This document shows positions 24,904 through 35,905 of a stretch of 64,000 nt of DNA, piece by piece (the stretch's first letter is position 1; each line of letters begins with the position of its first letter). Origin of the DNA: Raja brachyura (lineage: Eukaryota); the NCBI GenBank assembly GCA_963514005.1, contig OY740781.1, forward strand, positions 160,022,001-160,086,000, given 5' to 3'. Position numbers and translations under genes: made by a program. The notes below the pieces were generated by a model. The model ran no database searches. It saw only the letters and a program-made list of their open reading frames with translations, and had not been told where the DNA came from.

Positions 24904-25935
24904 TGGCCCTGTCCCACGGTACCAGTTCATTCCAAGCGCTCTCCCGAGTTTGCCCTGATTCGAACTCGGAGATTTACGGTAATGGCCACTCGTCAGTACT
25001 CGGGGCTCTCGTGGACATTTTTCAACATGTTGAAAAATCTTCACGAGCTTACCTGCCGTTAGCGAGTCTTCCCCAGTACCTGCCGTTAGCGTTACGAGCC
25101 GCTAAGAGACGTCCCCGAGCTCTGACGTACCCGCTACGTTCATTCTCCGTGCTTACCACGAGTTTGATTTTTTTTAAACTCGTGAGAGCTCTTGGAATGA
25201 ACTCGTACCGTGGGACCAGGGGCGGAAAACCCGGGGGGGGCGAGAGGGAACATGTCCCCCCCATGTTTTGAGAGGTGCGGGATATCCCTCCCAAGTTTTT
25301 GTAATCCAGATTTTAAAACCTCCGCTTTCCGCGAGACAGTGGAGGTGGGTCTGCTGATCGAGGGCGCCGATTGGACGAGAGAGACGTCGGTCAGCAGGTA
25401 ATGTGGGCGGGTCATGATGATTCAACGCAATGATTGGAGGAGTGAGTAGTAGGGGGGTGGGGGACTGAGGATAGAGTGCGGTGATTGGAGGAGGGAGACG
25501 TGGCACGGACCTGCGCCTCATCCGCAGCCAGGAACGATCCCGGCCGGGTCTCCGATGCTGTCCCCAGTGCCCCCCCCTCCCATAAGTGGCCAGAGACGTC
25601 GGCAGTCAGACGGGCGCGGCGTCCCCAGGCAGCGCAGAGAAGCAGCGCTAAACCCAGCTCAACTCTGCCAGGTTAACCTGCCTGGGCTTGCGGGAAATAT
25701 GGGCAGCGCGGAGAAGCAGCGCTGGTGTCCCGTCAGTCCAGTCAGGGCTGTAGTTAACCCGGCGAGACAGGCAGAGTTAAGCTGCATTTAGCGCTGGATT
25801 GAGCCTCCGAAGCCTCGTGCATGTGTGTGCGAGTGTGCGCATGCGCGCGCGGCCCCCAAAAAATTGCGTCCCCCCTGTCCCCCGGTCCCCTCCATGTTTT
25901 GATAGCGAGTTCCGCTCTTGCGTGGGACAGGGCCA
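24904..25935. mobile_element. PIF/Harbinger-type MITE interrupted by a hAT-type element
   Basis: TGGCCCTGTCCCACGGTAC...GTACCGTGGGAC[insert]CGTGGGACAGGGCCA; related to 57790-58099 and the partial copy ~16820-17037. Confidence 0.82.
25217..25920. mobile_element. Non-autonomous hAT-type DNA transposon
   Basis: Imperfect TIR CAGGGGCGGAA / TTCCGCTCTTG; perfect 8-bp TSD CGTGGGAC at 25209-25216 / 25921-25928. Confidence 0.8.
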
Positions 25936-26401
25936 TAACTTTTCTGCCGCTGTTCTGCCGATTTCAAGCAGCAACTCAAGTTTATTGTCACATGTATGAC
26001 TAAGGAGAGGTACAGATACAACAAACAATCTTGCTGGCAGCAAGCATCACAGACATATAGACTCAAACACACACAATATACATAAATTATACAAAATTCT
26101 AAAAGACAGTGCAAAAACCAAAAATGGTAGTGAAAAATCATAATTAGAAAAAAAACGTCCAAGGTGGTCCAGGAGGTGATCTGTTGTTTCGATAGGATTA
26201 GAGATATGTAGATTGGTTCAAGAACCTGCCAGATGTGAACCTTAAACCTAGTGGTGCGGAACGAGTCTTCTAAACTTCCTGCCCGATGGTAGCAGTGGGA
26301 AGAGGGTGGACGGCGGGGTTTGTTGGTGATAAATGTTGCCTACTTTTAGCAGTCAGCACCTCATGTAGTTGCTTTTGATGTGGGGAGGGCTACACCTGTA
26401 A

Positions 26402-26803
26402 AGGGCCTGTCCCACTCCGGCTATTTTTTGGCGCCTGTCAGTGTAGCAGGTCGCCGAAAAAACGGCGACTGGACCCCCCCTTGGACATAAAATTTGAAAT
26501 AGAATCATGACTTAACAACAATAAAAAACTGAAGTCAGCACCGGCGACAAGCTACTTCAACCTGGCGACAACCTACGATAGCACCTACGGCAGGAGAAGT
26601 CAAGCTACGCTCATTGGCGTCAAACCCACGGTCGCCGACTGTCCCCGAAAATGTTTCAACATGTTGAAAACCAGCGGGGACCAGAAAGACGCTACGGCTC
26701 TTTGGGTGACTGAGGAGACGACTCACGACCATACAGGCGAACCCCGGCGACCATGTGGCGGCAGCCTGGTCGCCTAAAACATAGCCTAAGTGGGACAGGC
26801 CCT
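26402..26803. mobile_element. PIF/Harbinger-type MITE
   Basis: AGGGCCTGTCCCACT...AGTGGGACAGGCCCT; TAA TSD. Confidence 0.87.
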
Positions 26804-26902
26804 TAATGAACCTGCATCAAACCCTGTACACGTCAAATCGCCTTTGCGGATTTGATCGCTGAACCATGCTGGATTTGCAAATCCCAACTAGGGAAAGAGT
26901 AC

Positions 26903-27518
26903 AGGGCCTGTCCCACTTGGCTGTCTTTCGCGCGCCATTTGTGCGACCTGCTAGCGTGTGGGTAGCGCGGGGACGGGTGCATGGAGTGGTGTGGAGTGGC
27001 GTGGAGGAGTTTGGACTTCGTTCTGTACTAAATCTTTGCGCGTCACCGGCCTGTCGCGTAACTGACGGCCAAAATGGGACAGGCCCAAGACACTGGCAAC
27101 GTCTCACCTCCAACAGCAGCAGAAGCAGACAAACGATCGCCAAGCTCAGCCTGGGGCTCGCGGCCGTTGCTGATCCGGATCCGCCCCCACTCCTACTCCC
27201 AGAGCGGGGCCAAGAAAATGAAGATGGTCACAAAATGCTGGGGTAACTCAGCGGGACCGGCAGCATCGCTGGAGAGAAGGAATGGATGCCGTTTCGTGTC
27301 AAGACCCTTCTTTCAGACTGAAGAAGGGTCTCGACCCGAAACATCACCCATTGCTTCCCTCCAGAGATGCTGCCGGTCCCGCTGAGTTACTCCAGCATTT
27401 TGTGTCCATCTTCAAATGACGTCACGCGCTCCCAGACGGCTGTGCGGGCGCATGATGACCCGCTCGACCGTCACTACCGGCCTGCCGCGGAAGTAACGGC
27501 CCAGGTGGGACAGGCCCT
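26903..27518. mobile_element. PIF/Harbinger-type MITE containing an inverted-dimer hammerhead unit (~27228-27410)
   Basis: AGGGCCTGTCCCAC...GTGGGACAGGCCCT followed by TAA; internal TIR-like GGGACAGGCCC near 27076. Confidence 0.75.
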
Positions 27519-27742
27519 TAAGGATACCTCACCACCCTCAAAGTATTGGGCTAGTGTTCACATCACTCTCGATTGTTGGTTCCAGCAGAAGATGCTGAAA
27601 ATGGGGTCTGTGGGTGAGGATACTCAGGATCTGATGAAGAATTCCTGATGTTATATAAGTAACCAAATCAAAAATATCACAGTCTTAACTAACATGAGTT
27701 ATTATAGATGTCTCAGTTATGTTTTTTTCCCTAAACCTACAG

Positions 27743-28270
27743 GACGAGTGAAAACACAAAGGACTTACAACACCCGCTACTGCCTCACTATCTCAGATTT
27801 GCAAGTCGAAGTGAAAACGGAGAAATCTATTTCAAAGAATTCAGATTGGAAAAACATGAGTTCTTGATGGGCGAGCACCTACTAACTCAAGACTTGGACT
27901 GAGAGTTTATGTTCCGAATGGAAACAAGGCAGAAAATCAGAAGCATGACTTTGAAGAAAACGTTGGTGAAAATTGTAAAAATAATTCTCCCCAGCTGACC
28001 GCCACTTCCCGAGGACAAAGGACAAGCAAAGGACAACTGTTTACTTTGTTGTAATCTCAATGAATCAAGTGCAGAATTAACACGTGGGTAGCTGTAATAT
28101 TGAAACTGCACGGCTAAGCACTCTACATTCCACTTAGACAAAGTTAACTCTTTGTCTCAACTTAAACATTCCACCATTGAGGATTTTTATTCAAAGTCCG
28201 CACTCTACATTCCACTTAAACTAAATCGTGCTATTGTAAAATAAAACTCTTTGTCTCAACTTAAGCATTC
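27743..28270 (+). other. apela: Probable non-coding terminal exon (3' UTR) of apela
   Basis: Pyrimidine tract and acceptor gtttttttccctaaacctacag ending 27742; start of a repeat-free stretch; AATAAA at 28240-28245. Human APELA has a distant non-coding third exon. The 3' end is approximate. Confidence 0.55.
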
Positions 28271-28293
28271 CACCATTGAGGATTTTTTTTCAA
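28118..28293 (+). repeat. Two-copy tandem duplication (~80-90 bp) in the putative apela 3' UTR
   Basis: gcactctacattccactta...aactctttgtctcaacttaa.cattccaccattgaggattttt occurs twice (from 28118 and from 28200). Confidence 0.88.
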
Positions 28294-28674
28294 TCTGGTA
28301 GAAATTGATGTGATGTAAGTACTCAAACTTATTTAACCTTATTTAAGATGTAAAAATTGGACCCCGATCAGTTCTGAAACAAGTTAAACGCATTGTGTCA
28401 GTGCACATTTCCTTTTTGAAAGTGAACTACCATTGCACAAGAAAACAACACGGGACATTGAAATCTAGGGTAACGGAGTTTATGATGAGTCAAAGAACCT
28501 CATGCTACCTTGGTTTCTGTTTTTTTGTTCATGCTCATTGTTCTCCATGTATCCTTCTGCCAGTTTCCCCCAATAATTCAACACACTCAGTGACATTATT
28601 CAGATTAATGTTACGAACCACTCTGGCACAGCAGATAATTTGACACTTTTTCATCCCCACAACCTTTGAAAATG

Positions 28675-28870
28675 TGAAGGTGGATAGACCCATAATGCTG
28701 GAGTAACTCGGCGGGACAGGTAGCATCTCTGGATAGAAGGAATAAGTGACGTCTGAAGAAGGATCTCGACCCGAAACGTCACCCATTCCTTCTCTCCAGA
28801 GATGCTGCCTGTTACTCCAGCATTCTGTGTCAAACTTTGGTGCAAACCAGCATTTGCTGTTCCTTCCCAC
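28675..28870. mobile_element. Inverted-dimer Penelope-derived unit with hammerhead core (28753-28780, +)
   Basis: Two opposed arms of gctggagtaactc.gcgggacagg.agcatctctgg; 13-bp TSD acctttgaaaatg at 28662-28674 / 28871-28883. Confidence 0.75.
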
Positions 28871-29470
28871 ACCTTTGAAAATGCAATGGTCTGATATATT
28901 ATCATGCAGGATAGACGCTAACCCTTTGGACCCACCACTTGAATGCTGACTTCCTTGCCCAGCGAGACATCTCGTGTGCCCATGTCAGGATCTTTGATGC
29001 TTTGCCCAATAAGTGTCTGTATAAATGCCTCTTAAGACCAGTGATTGTTTCTAATCCCACCACCTCTTCTGGCAACATGTTCCAGATATAAACTACTCTG
29101 TGTTTTTAAAAAAACCTTAAAACTCCCATCTCACTTTAAACCTGTGCCCTCTTGTTTCGATAACTTTACCATGCGAAAAATAATCTCATGATTTTGAACC
29201 AAATTATGAAAAAAATTCTCATAATTTTGAACTGTATCTTGAACTAAGTTTAGAGATACGGCACGGAGAAACAGGTCCATCGGACTACTAAATCTGTGCC
29301 AACCAGCAATCGCCACACGATATAGCACTATCCTACACACAAGGGATAATTTACAATTTTACTGAAGCTAATTAACCTGCAAACTGCACCGTGCTCCACA
29401 GAAAACAAGGCCAGCCTATCTCGCCCCCATAACTGAAGTTCTCCAATCTAAGCAACAGCCCAGTGAATCT

Positions 29471-29682
29471 GTAGGAAGGAACAGCAGATGCTGGTTTAAA
29501 CCGGAGATAGACACAAACTGTTGGAGTAACTCAGCGGGACAGGCAGCATCTCTGGAGAGAAGGCATGGGTGGCGTTTCGGATCGTGACCCGCCTTCAGCC
29601 TCGACCCGAAACGTCACCCATTCCTTCTCTCCAGAGATGCTGCCTGTCCCGCTGAGTTACTCCAGCAATTTGTGTCTATCCG
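29471..29682. mobile_element. Inverted-dimer Penelope-derived unit inserted in a CR1
   Basis: Opposed arms; 9-bp TSD agtgaatct at 29462-29470 / 29683-29691. Confidence 0.75.
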
Positions 29683-31500
29683 AGTGAATCTCCCCAGTGG
29701 ATTACAACGTCCCTAAAGTGGTGACCAGAACTGCACACAGTACTCCAAGTGGAGCCCGACTGGTGTCTTGCAATGTTTAAACATCACATCCCAATTCTTT
29801 TCATCTAAGCGCACCACTGTTCTTCATCACCGCCATCTCAATCTGCGTTGCTACTTTCAGAGAAGCATGGACTTGGAGTCCAAGGTCTCCCTGTTCATCA
29901 CCATTCCTCACTGCCCAACCATTTACTGATTTGTCCTCCTGGTATTGGACATCCCAAAATACATTACCTGACACTTATTAGTATTAAATTCCATCAGTGA
30001 ATGCTGCGCCTAACTTTCTAAATGATCTATATCCTGCTGCAGCCTTACACAGCTTTCCCTGAACACCACAATATCACCAATGTTTGCTTCATCAGCAAAC
30101 ATACTCCGCATTCCATCTTCATTCACATCCAAGTTGCTAAGGGTGGTGAAACTGTAGAATCATTTGCTACAGAAGGCTGTGGGAGCCAAGTCAATGGATA
30201 TTTTTAAGGCAGAGGTAGATTCTTGATTAGTACGGGTTTCAAGGGTTATGGGGAGAGGGCAGGAAAATGGGGTTAGGAGGGAGAGATAGATCAGCCATGA
30301 TTGAATGGTGGAGTAGACTCGATGGGCCGAATGGCATAATTCTGCTCCCATCACTTATTACCTAGCATACACTGCAAACAGCAGAGGTTCCTAGAAACAA
30401 TCGCTATGGAACACAAAGGACAAAGGACATTTATTGTCACATACACCAATTGGTGTGGTGAAATGTGTCTTGCCATGCAGCACATAGATAAACATAGGAC
30501 ATAACATTAAAGAATTTAACATAAACATAAAAAACATCCCCCCACAATGGTTCCCATTATGAGGGCAGGCACAAAGTCCAGACCCCATCCCCAGTTCACC
30601 CATAGTCGGGCCTATTGAGGCCCCAACAGTCGCCGCTATGAGGGCCGATGTTCCAGGCCCTTCACGCCGGGTGATGGTGCTCTGGCGACGGGAGAACCCT
30701 CTCAGCGGCTCAGGGTGCCTGTAATGGCCGCTTCCTTCCGGAACACAATGCCTGTGGTACAAATGCACAATTACCAAAGTATGTTTTTCAACAATGCTTT
30801 CTCCTTGTATTTTGTGGATTGCCAACCCTATTAAAAAAAAATGTATACAAAAAAACATTCTAAATATATATTAATACTTCAGTATCCAAGCATCATTGGC
30901 CAGGCAGCATCAAAATGCCCATTTCTCCAATTGCCATTGAATTGAACAGCATTTCATACAGCATTTTTAGGGTTGTTCACCCATTCCTTCTCTCCAAAGA
31001 TGCTGTCTGTCCCGCTGAGTTACCCCAACATTTTGTGTCTACCTTCAGACTGAAGAAAGGTGCTGACCAAAATGTCACCTATCCATTCCCTCATCAGATG
31101 TTTCCCGACCCATGGAGTTCCTCCAGCACTTTTCTTTTCGCTCAACATCCCAGCATGTGTCGTCTCTTGTGTCTCCCTGCTCCAAGAAACTGTCCGACAT
31201 CATCACTGTACACCACTATGGAAACTATATGTAGTCAATTCTGCTTCTAGAGTTGTCCAAATTCAAGAGACAATAGTCTGCATGCTGTTGAGAAAAAGCT
31301 TAAATAAATGGAAATTTGATTGTAATTATGTAAGTAACAATTTTACAAGAACACGGACAAAGCTTTCCCTTTTTAGGTTATTAACCTGTATTAATGAAAG
31401 GACTATAACTGCATTAGTTTTAATGAATAAGAGTAATTTCAGCTTGCATTATCCTATTGACGGCACAATAAATCTGCTAAATTGTTTCAAATACCTCAAC

Positions 31501-31640
31501 TTCTTCTTCTTCTTGCATATGGCGTGCACAGCCTAAAGTTGGACAACGTGTTCTATTTGATCTTATTTGATTGTGCATGCCAGGTTGATTGCTTTCGTCA
31601 AAACAGGGCGAACCACGTGAAGGTTGCAATCTCCCACCCC
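31501..31640 (-). mobile_element. Short non-autonomous retroposon with 5' HDV-like ribozyme and (GAA)n tail (Ingi/Vingi-like), copy A
   Basis: Minus strand starts GGGGTGG GAG ATTGCA ACC TTCACGT GGT TCGCCCT GT TTTGA C GAA AGCAAT and ends CGCCATATGC(AAG)n; 12-bp TSD aaatacctcaac (31489-31500) / aaagaccgcaac (31641-31652). Confidence 0.8.
31588..31640 (-). ncRNA. HDV-like self-cleaving ribozyme motif (minimal, almost no P4)
   Basis: P1 GGGGUGG/UCGCCCU with G1-U wobble, P2 AUUGC/GCAAU, P3 ACC/GGU, L3 UUCACGU, J4/2 C-GAA, in HDV order. Confidence 0.75.
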
Positions 31641-32139
31641 AAAGACCGCAACCATTGTGATTTACTTTTTTTTTTAAATACACATCTTTTCCAACCAGTA
31701 TGTAACATCTTAGGAATAGAGAAATAGTATCAGAAGCCTAGGTTTGTATGTTTTATGCCCCAGGCATTTCCACCAATATTTCCAAAGTTATTAATCATTG
31801 AAAACGGCCTTCTCAGAGACAGCTTCCAGCCTTTTCACAGTGATGATGTCCCAATGCCTCTCACAGTGCACCAATCACAATGGGCTCCCAAGCTGGCTGC
31901 CACAATGACATCACAATAGGTCATTGCCAACAATAACAATTGTTTGTAGTATGTTGTTTGTTTGTTTGTTTGGTTTTTTGCACAAAGTCCGCAGGCACGG
32001 CCACTTTTCATTTCACTGCACATCCCGTATGTGTATGTGATGAATAAACTTGACTTGACCCCTCAAGCTGGCTGCAAACTGCCACAATGACATCACAATG
32101 TCACGTCGCCAATGGTAACGTGGTTTCTGCCCCTCTACC

Positions 32140-32359
32140 AATATCTGAAGGGGCTGCTCATCAAGTTCTGGTTGTATGTTGGTCCCACAATCCTGGTGTT
32201 TGGGTACAAGGCAGGGAGTGGGGAGGGCCAATCGAGGAGGGGGGAGGAACTCTTACCGGCCCCCCTCCACCCCGGGGTGAGCGGCAACGCCGCAACCTCC
32301 CCCCCCCCCCCCCCGAATTGGGGGACGGGGCCCAACGGGTCCCACTTGGTCTGTCTAGT
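32140..32359 (+). mobile_element. Possible non-autonomous Helitron end
   Basis: GC-rich island in AT-rich DNA ending in hairpin GGG.CCC-AAC-GGGTCCC followed by CTAG|T; the 5' boundary is uncertain. Confidence 0.4.
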
Positions 32360-33202
32360 ATTAATTGTAATTAATATTATTATCATCCTTTAATATCATT
32401 TAATTATTTATATAAAAAGAAACCGAGGGGGTCTTCAAGTTCTTCAATCAGCACCAGTCTATTTTGCATGTGTTTAGGATGAAAGTCAACGAAAATGCCC
32501 AAGGATCAGACAGAATCTCATTTCACCACTGAATTACAGGAAGTTGACGAATAAAATGTCAAATTGCACAGAAGGATTAGAAAGTAGTCAGTGAGTTTTA
32601 TGCATAAATTGTATAATTATAATTAACATTAGTGTGTACAAATCATAGAATGCAAATCACAGCCTGGCACAGTGACTTACAGTATAGTCAGGTAACGAGA
32701 AGTTCATACAGCTTTGTATTGAAGTGACTAACATATCAGTTCAAATTTAACCAGGAATACTTAGCACAGTTCACAAGCGTGGCTTAACATCCTTAATATC
32801 TTCATAGCTTAAACAACATTTCTAAAGGAAGTCACTTTTAGAATATACATCTTCAAATCTGTTATAGGTAGCGAATGTCAAGATTTACAAAAGCAGGGAG
32901 GCAAATCTTTACTGGCTCAGACATGTAATTATTCTAGATTACAGTTCACAACAGACCTTTTACACAGGTTGGGCAAGTTAATCTTGCTGTCTTAATCTTG
33001 TCACATGATTGAATGGTACAACAGACGTTTTAAAAGGAAAACGTGAGTGCTTGTAGCAAACCTTGATTCACAACATACCTTTAAGCGATTATTTTAACCA
33101 AATTTCCATTTTAATTCCACATTTGAAATTGTCATACTGGTAGCAACATTCAAAGCACAAACCTCCCTTCTCTCTTTGGCTAGTTTATAAGCTTTCCAAA
33201 GC

Positions 33203-33326
33203 TCAGTCCTGGACTTGTTGAGATATTAAGGCCAGCAGTCTTCTACTTAACTGCACATTGTGCATTTTTAAGTAATCAATGAGGTCCGCTTGCTTTTCTA
33301 CCAGGTTTTCCAAGTTTGATCCATCC
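33203..33326 (-). CDS. tmem192: tmem192 last coding exon: [40 protein letters not shown]
   Basis: Acceptor tttttctcaag|G; matches human [29 protein letters not shown]; TGA at 33205-33203; followed by AT-rich unique sequence. Confidence 0.95.
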
Positions 33327-33579
33327 CTTGAGAAAAATAAATACATTTGTCGTATTTTCATCCGATATTTGTTGTATACCACACACCATTTTTATCAAAT
33401 CTTCGTTTCCCATCTCATAAAATACGTTTCAAGTGCATCAAATGAAATGTACAGACAGCATGAATTTTATGCCGTTAATCACACATATAACAACAGAATA
33501 TATACAAACAGCCTATCTTCAGGACTTTGATTAACAGAAAATCATTATCCAAGAACCAGGAGGGCTTCCAGTTCTTAAG

Positions 33580-34145
33580 AGTCATGGAGTGATATAGCAT
33601 GGAAACATGCCCTTTGGCCCAGCTACACTAGTCCCACCTGCCCGCATTTGGCCCATATCTCTCCAAGCCTGTCCTATCCATGCACCTGTCTGTTTCTTAA
33701 ACGTTGGGATAGTTCCTGCCTCAATTACCTCCTCTGGCAGCTTGTTCTAATACCCCCACCACTTTGTGTGTGAAAAAGTTACCCATCAGATTCCTATTAA
33801 ATCTTTTTCCCCTTCATGTTAAACGTATGTGCTCTGGTCCTCGAGTCACCTACTCTGGGCAAGAGACTCTATGCATCTACCCGATCTATTCCTGTCATGA
33901 TTTCATACAGCTCAATAAGATCACCCCTCATCCTCCTGCGCTCCAAGGAATAGAGTCCCAGCCTACTCAACCTCTCCCTATAGATCAGGCCCACTAGTCC
34001 TGGCAATATCCTCTTTAGGGATATCTTTGCTGCACCCTTTCCAGCTTGACACCATCTTCCTATAGCATGGTGCCTAGAACTGAACAAAATACTCTAAATG
34101 TGGCCTTACCAACATCTTAATACAATTGTAACGTGACCTCCCAAC
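33580..34145 (-). mobile_element. CR1 3' fragment
   Basis: ORF 33869..34087 YRERLSRLGLYSLERRRMRGDLIE. Confidence 0.85.
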
Positions 34146-34304
34146 TTATTTACTCATTAGATTTGATCATCCCAATCTTAGTTTATTTTTGTACAACTAT
34201 CTGAAATATTCCCTGGATCTACTGCTCTCTGGCTAATTTCCTTTACCCAAGCAGAAAACAGTTTCAGTGACTGGTCTTGCCTTCCAACACCCCAATCAAT
34301 TTGT

Positions 34305-34515
34305 GTGGGAAGGAACTGCAGATACTGGTTTAAACTGAAGATTGACGCAAAAAGCTGGAGTAACTCAGCGGGACAGGCAGCATCTCCGGAGAGAAGGAAT
34401 GGGTGGCGTTTCAGACTACCCAGTCTGAAGAAGGGTCTCGACCCAAAACGTCACCCATTCCTTCTCTCCAGAGATGCTGCCTGTCCCGCCGAGTTACTCC
34501 AGCTTTTTGCGTCTA
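34305..34515. mobile_element. Inverted-dimer Penelope-derived unit
   Basis: Opposed arms; perfect 16-bp TSD accccaatcaatttgt at 34289-34304 / 34516-34531; hammerhead-like core from 34425 with GAAA mutated to AAAA. Confidence 0.8.
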
Positions 34516-35301
34516 ACCCCAATCAATTTGTTGCACTGTCAAACCTCAGGAGGAGTAATTGGGTGTTGGTTGGCAGTGCTCAAGGTGCGCATGCGTGCAA
34601 GTGGCCAGCTGCGTTCCACCCTGCACGCTTTGTTCCACAGTTGTCGATGCAGACAAATGCACAGAGGTCACTGCAATCAGCAGCCAACACCATTGCATTC
34701 CGTGCTGGCATTCGTCCATATCGTATCATCTCTTTTCCACTGGGTCACAAGGGGAACTTAACCTGGACAAAGGGGAGCCAAGACAGGTCTCAGCATTTTT
34801 TCATTGCTGAAGTCAGCATAGCTTAACACTGCACAATGGTAATTTAAAACCTGGGATCTCTCATGGTTCGACAACTTCTGGATAAACTTAAGATAACAGA
34901 GAATGGGAAAACTATTTTTAGAAGCCTATAACTTAGAGGTCGCTGTTCAGAATTGGTTTTGTGTTTTTTTGAACTACATATAGAGTGGGTTTACTATGAG
35001 GATAAGACACAGAATGCTGGAGTAACTCGGTGGGACGGATAGCAACTCTGGAGAGAAGGATTGGGTACCGTTTCAGGTTGAGACCCTTCTTCAGACTCTG
35101 ATAGCAATGATAGTGCATGTCACCTAGAAGTGTGTTTGAATATTTTCTGTTTTATTCCTGAATTGAATAAATAGTTGCTCTTCCTCTTTAAAGCAATAAC
35201 CATAACAGTCTAGGTTATTTGAGCAGGGGAAAAAAAAAATGTTCTCATTGTTCTCAGTGGTAATATTCACAGGCGGTGGTTAAAATGATCGAGACATTCA
35301 C

Positions 35302-35410
35302 CTGAACCCAGTCTCTGACAGAATGTTAGTGCGATCAGGATATCGATGTCTTCTCTCTTCCTCTTGGATATCAGGACATGGTTTCTTCGCATTGAACTTT
35401 GCGATCTTCA
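35302..35410 (-). CDS. tmem192: tmem192 exon 5: (V)[35 protein letters not shown](R)
   Basis: 109 nt, ctcccacag|TG ... TTCAG|gtgaat; matches human VKIRRFNKAKPEPDILEEE...SETGFR. Confidence 0.95.
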
Positions 35411-35577
35411 CTGTGGGAGAAAAGCGAGTTATAATTTAGTTTGCTTCATAAAAAGGACATATCATTTGTCAATAAGACTTGACATTGGACAAAAAACAAA
35501 AAGTGCTGGAATAACTCCAGGCAGCATTTGTGCAGGGAAAATCGCCAGACTATTCTGGATTGGGATGGGAGAAAGCG

Positions 35578-35905
35578 TAAGTAAGTAAGTAAGTTTATTG
35601 GCCAAGTATTCACATACAAGGAATTTGCCTTGGTGCTCTGCCCACAAGTGACAGTCAGAATGAATCTGAAAACACTAAACATTAATAATAATAAAACATT
35701 AATGATAAAACACCATTGATCAAGCATGTGAACCAACACAATACCAGATCAAAGGGAGGCTACAGATTTTTGGCTGTTGAGTAGAGCAACTACTCTTGGA
35801 TAAAAACTGTTTTTATGTCTGGCTGTGGCAGCTTTGACAATCCGGAGTCGCCTTCCAGAGGGAAGTGACTCAAAGAGTTTGCGGCCAGGGTGAGAGGGGA
35901 AAAAG
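35578..35905 (-). mobile_element. Rex1/Babar-type LINE 3' end
   Basis: HPGRKLFESLPSGRRLR...RHKNSFYPRVVALLN plus a ggccaataaa(ctta)n tail; sister copy on + at ~53060-53325. Confidence 0.78.

Noticed and set aside
27744-27902. Open frame TSENTKDLQHPLLPHYLRF...QDLD* after the acceptor at 27742
   Set aside because: No recognisable homologue and no upstream exon in the needed phase; better explained as apela 3' UTR.
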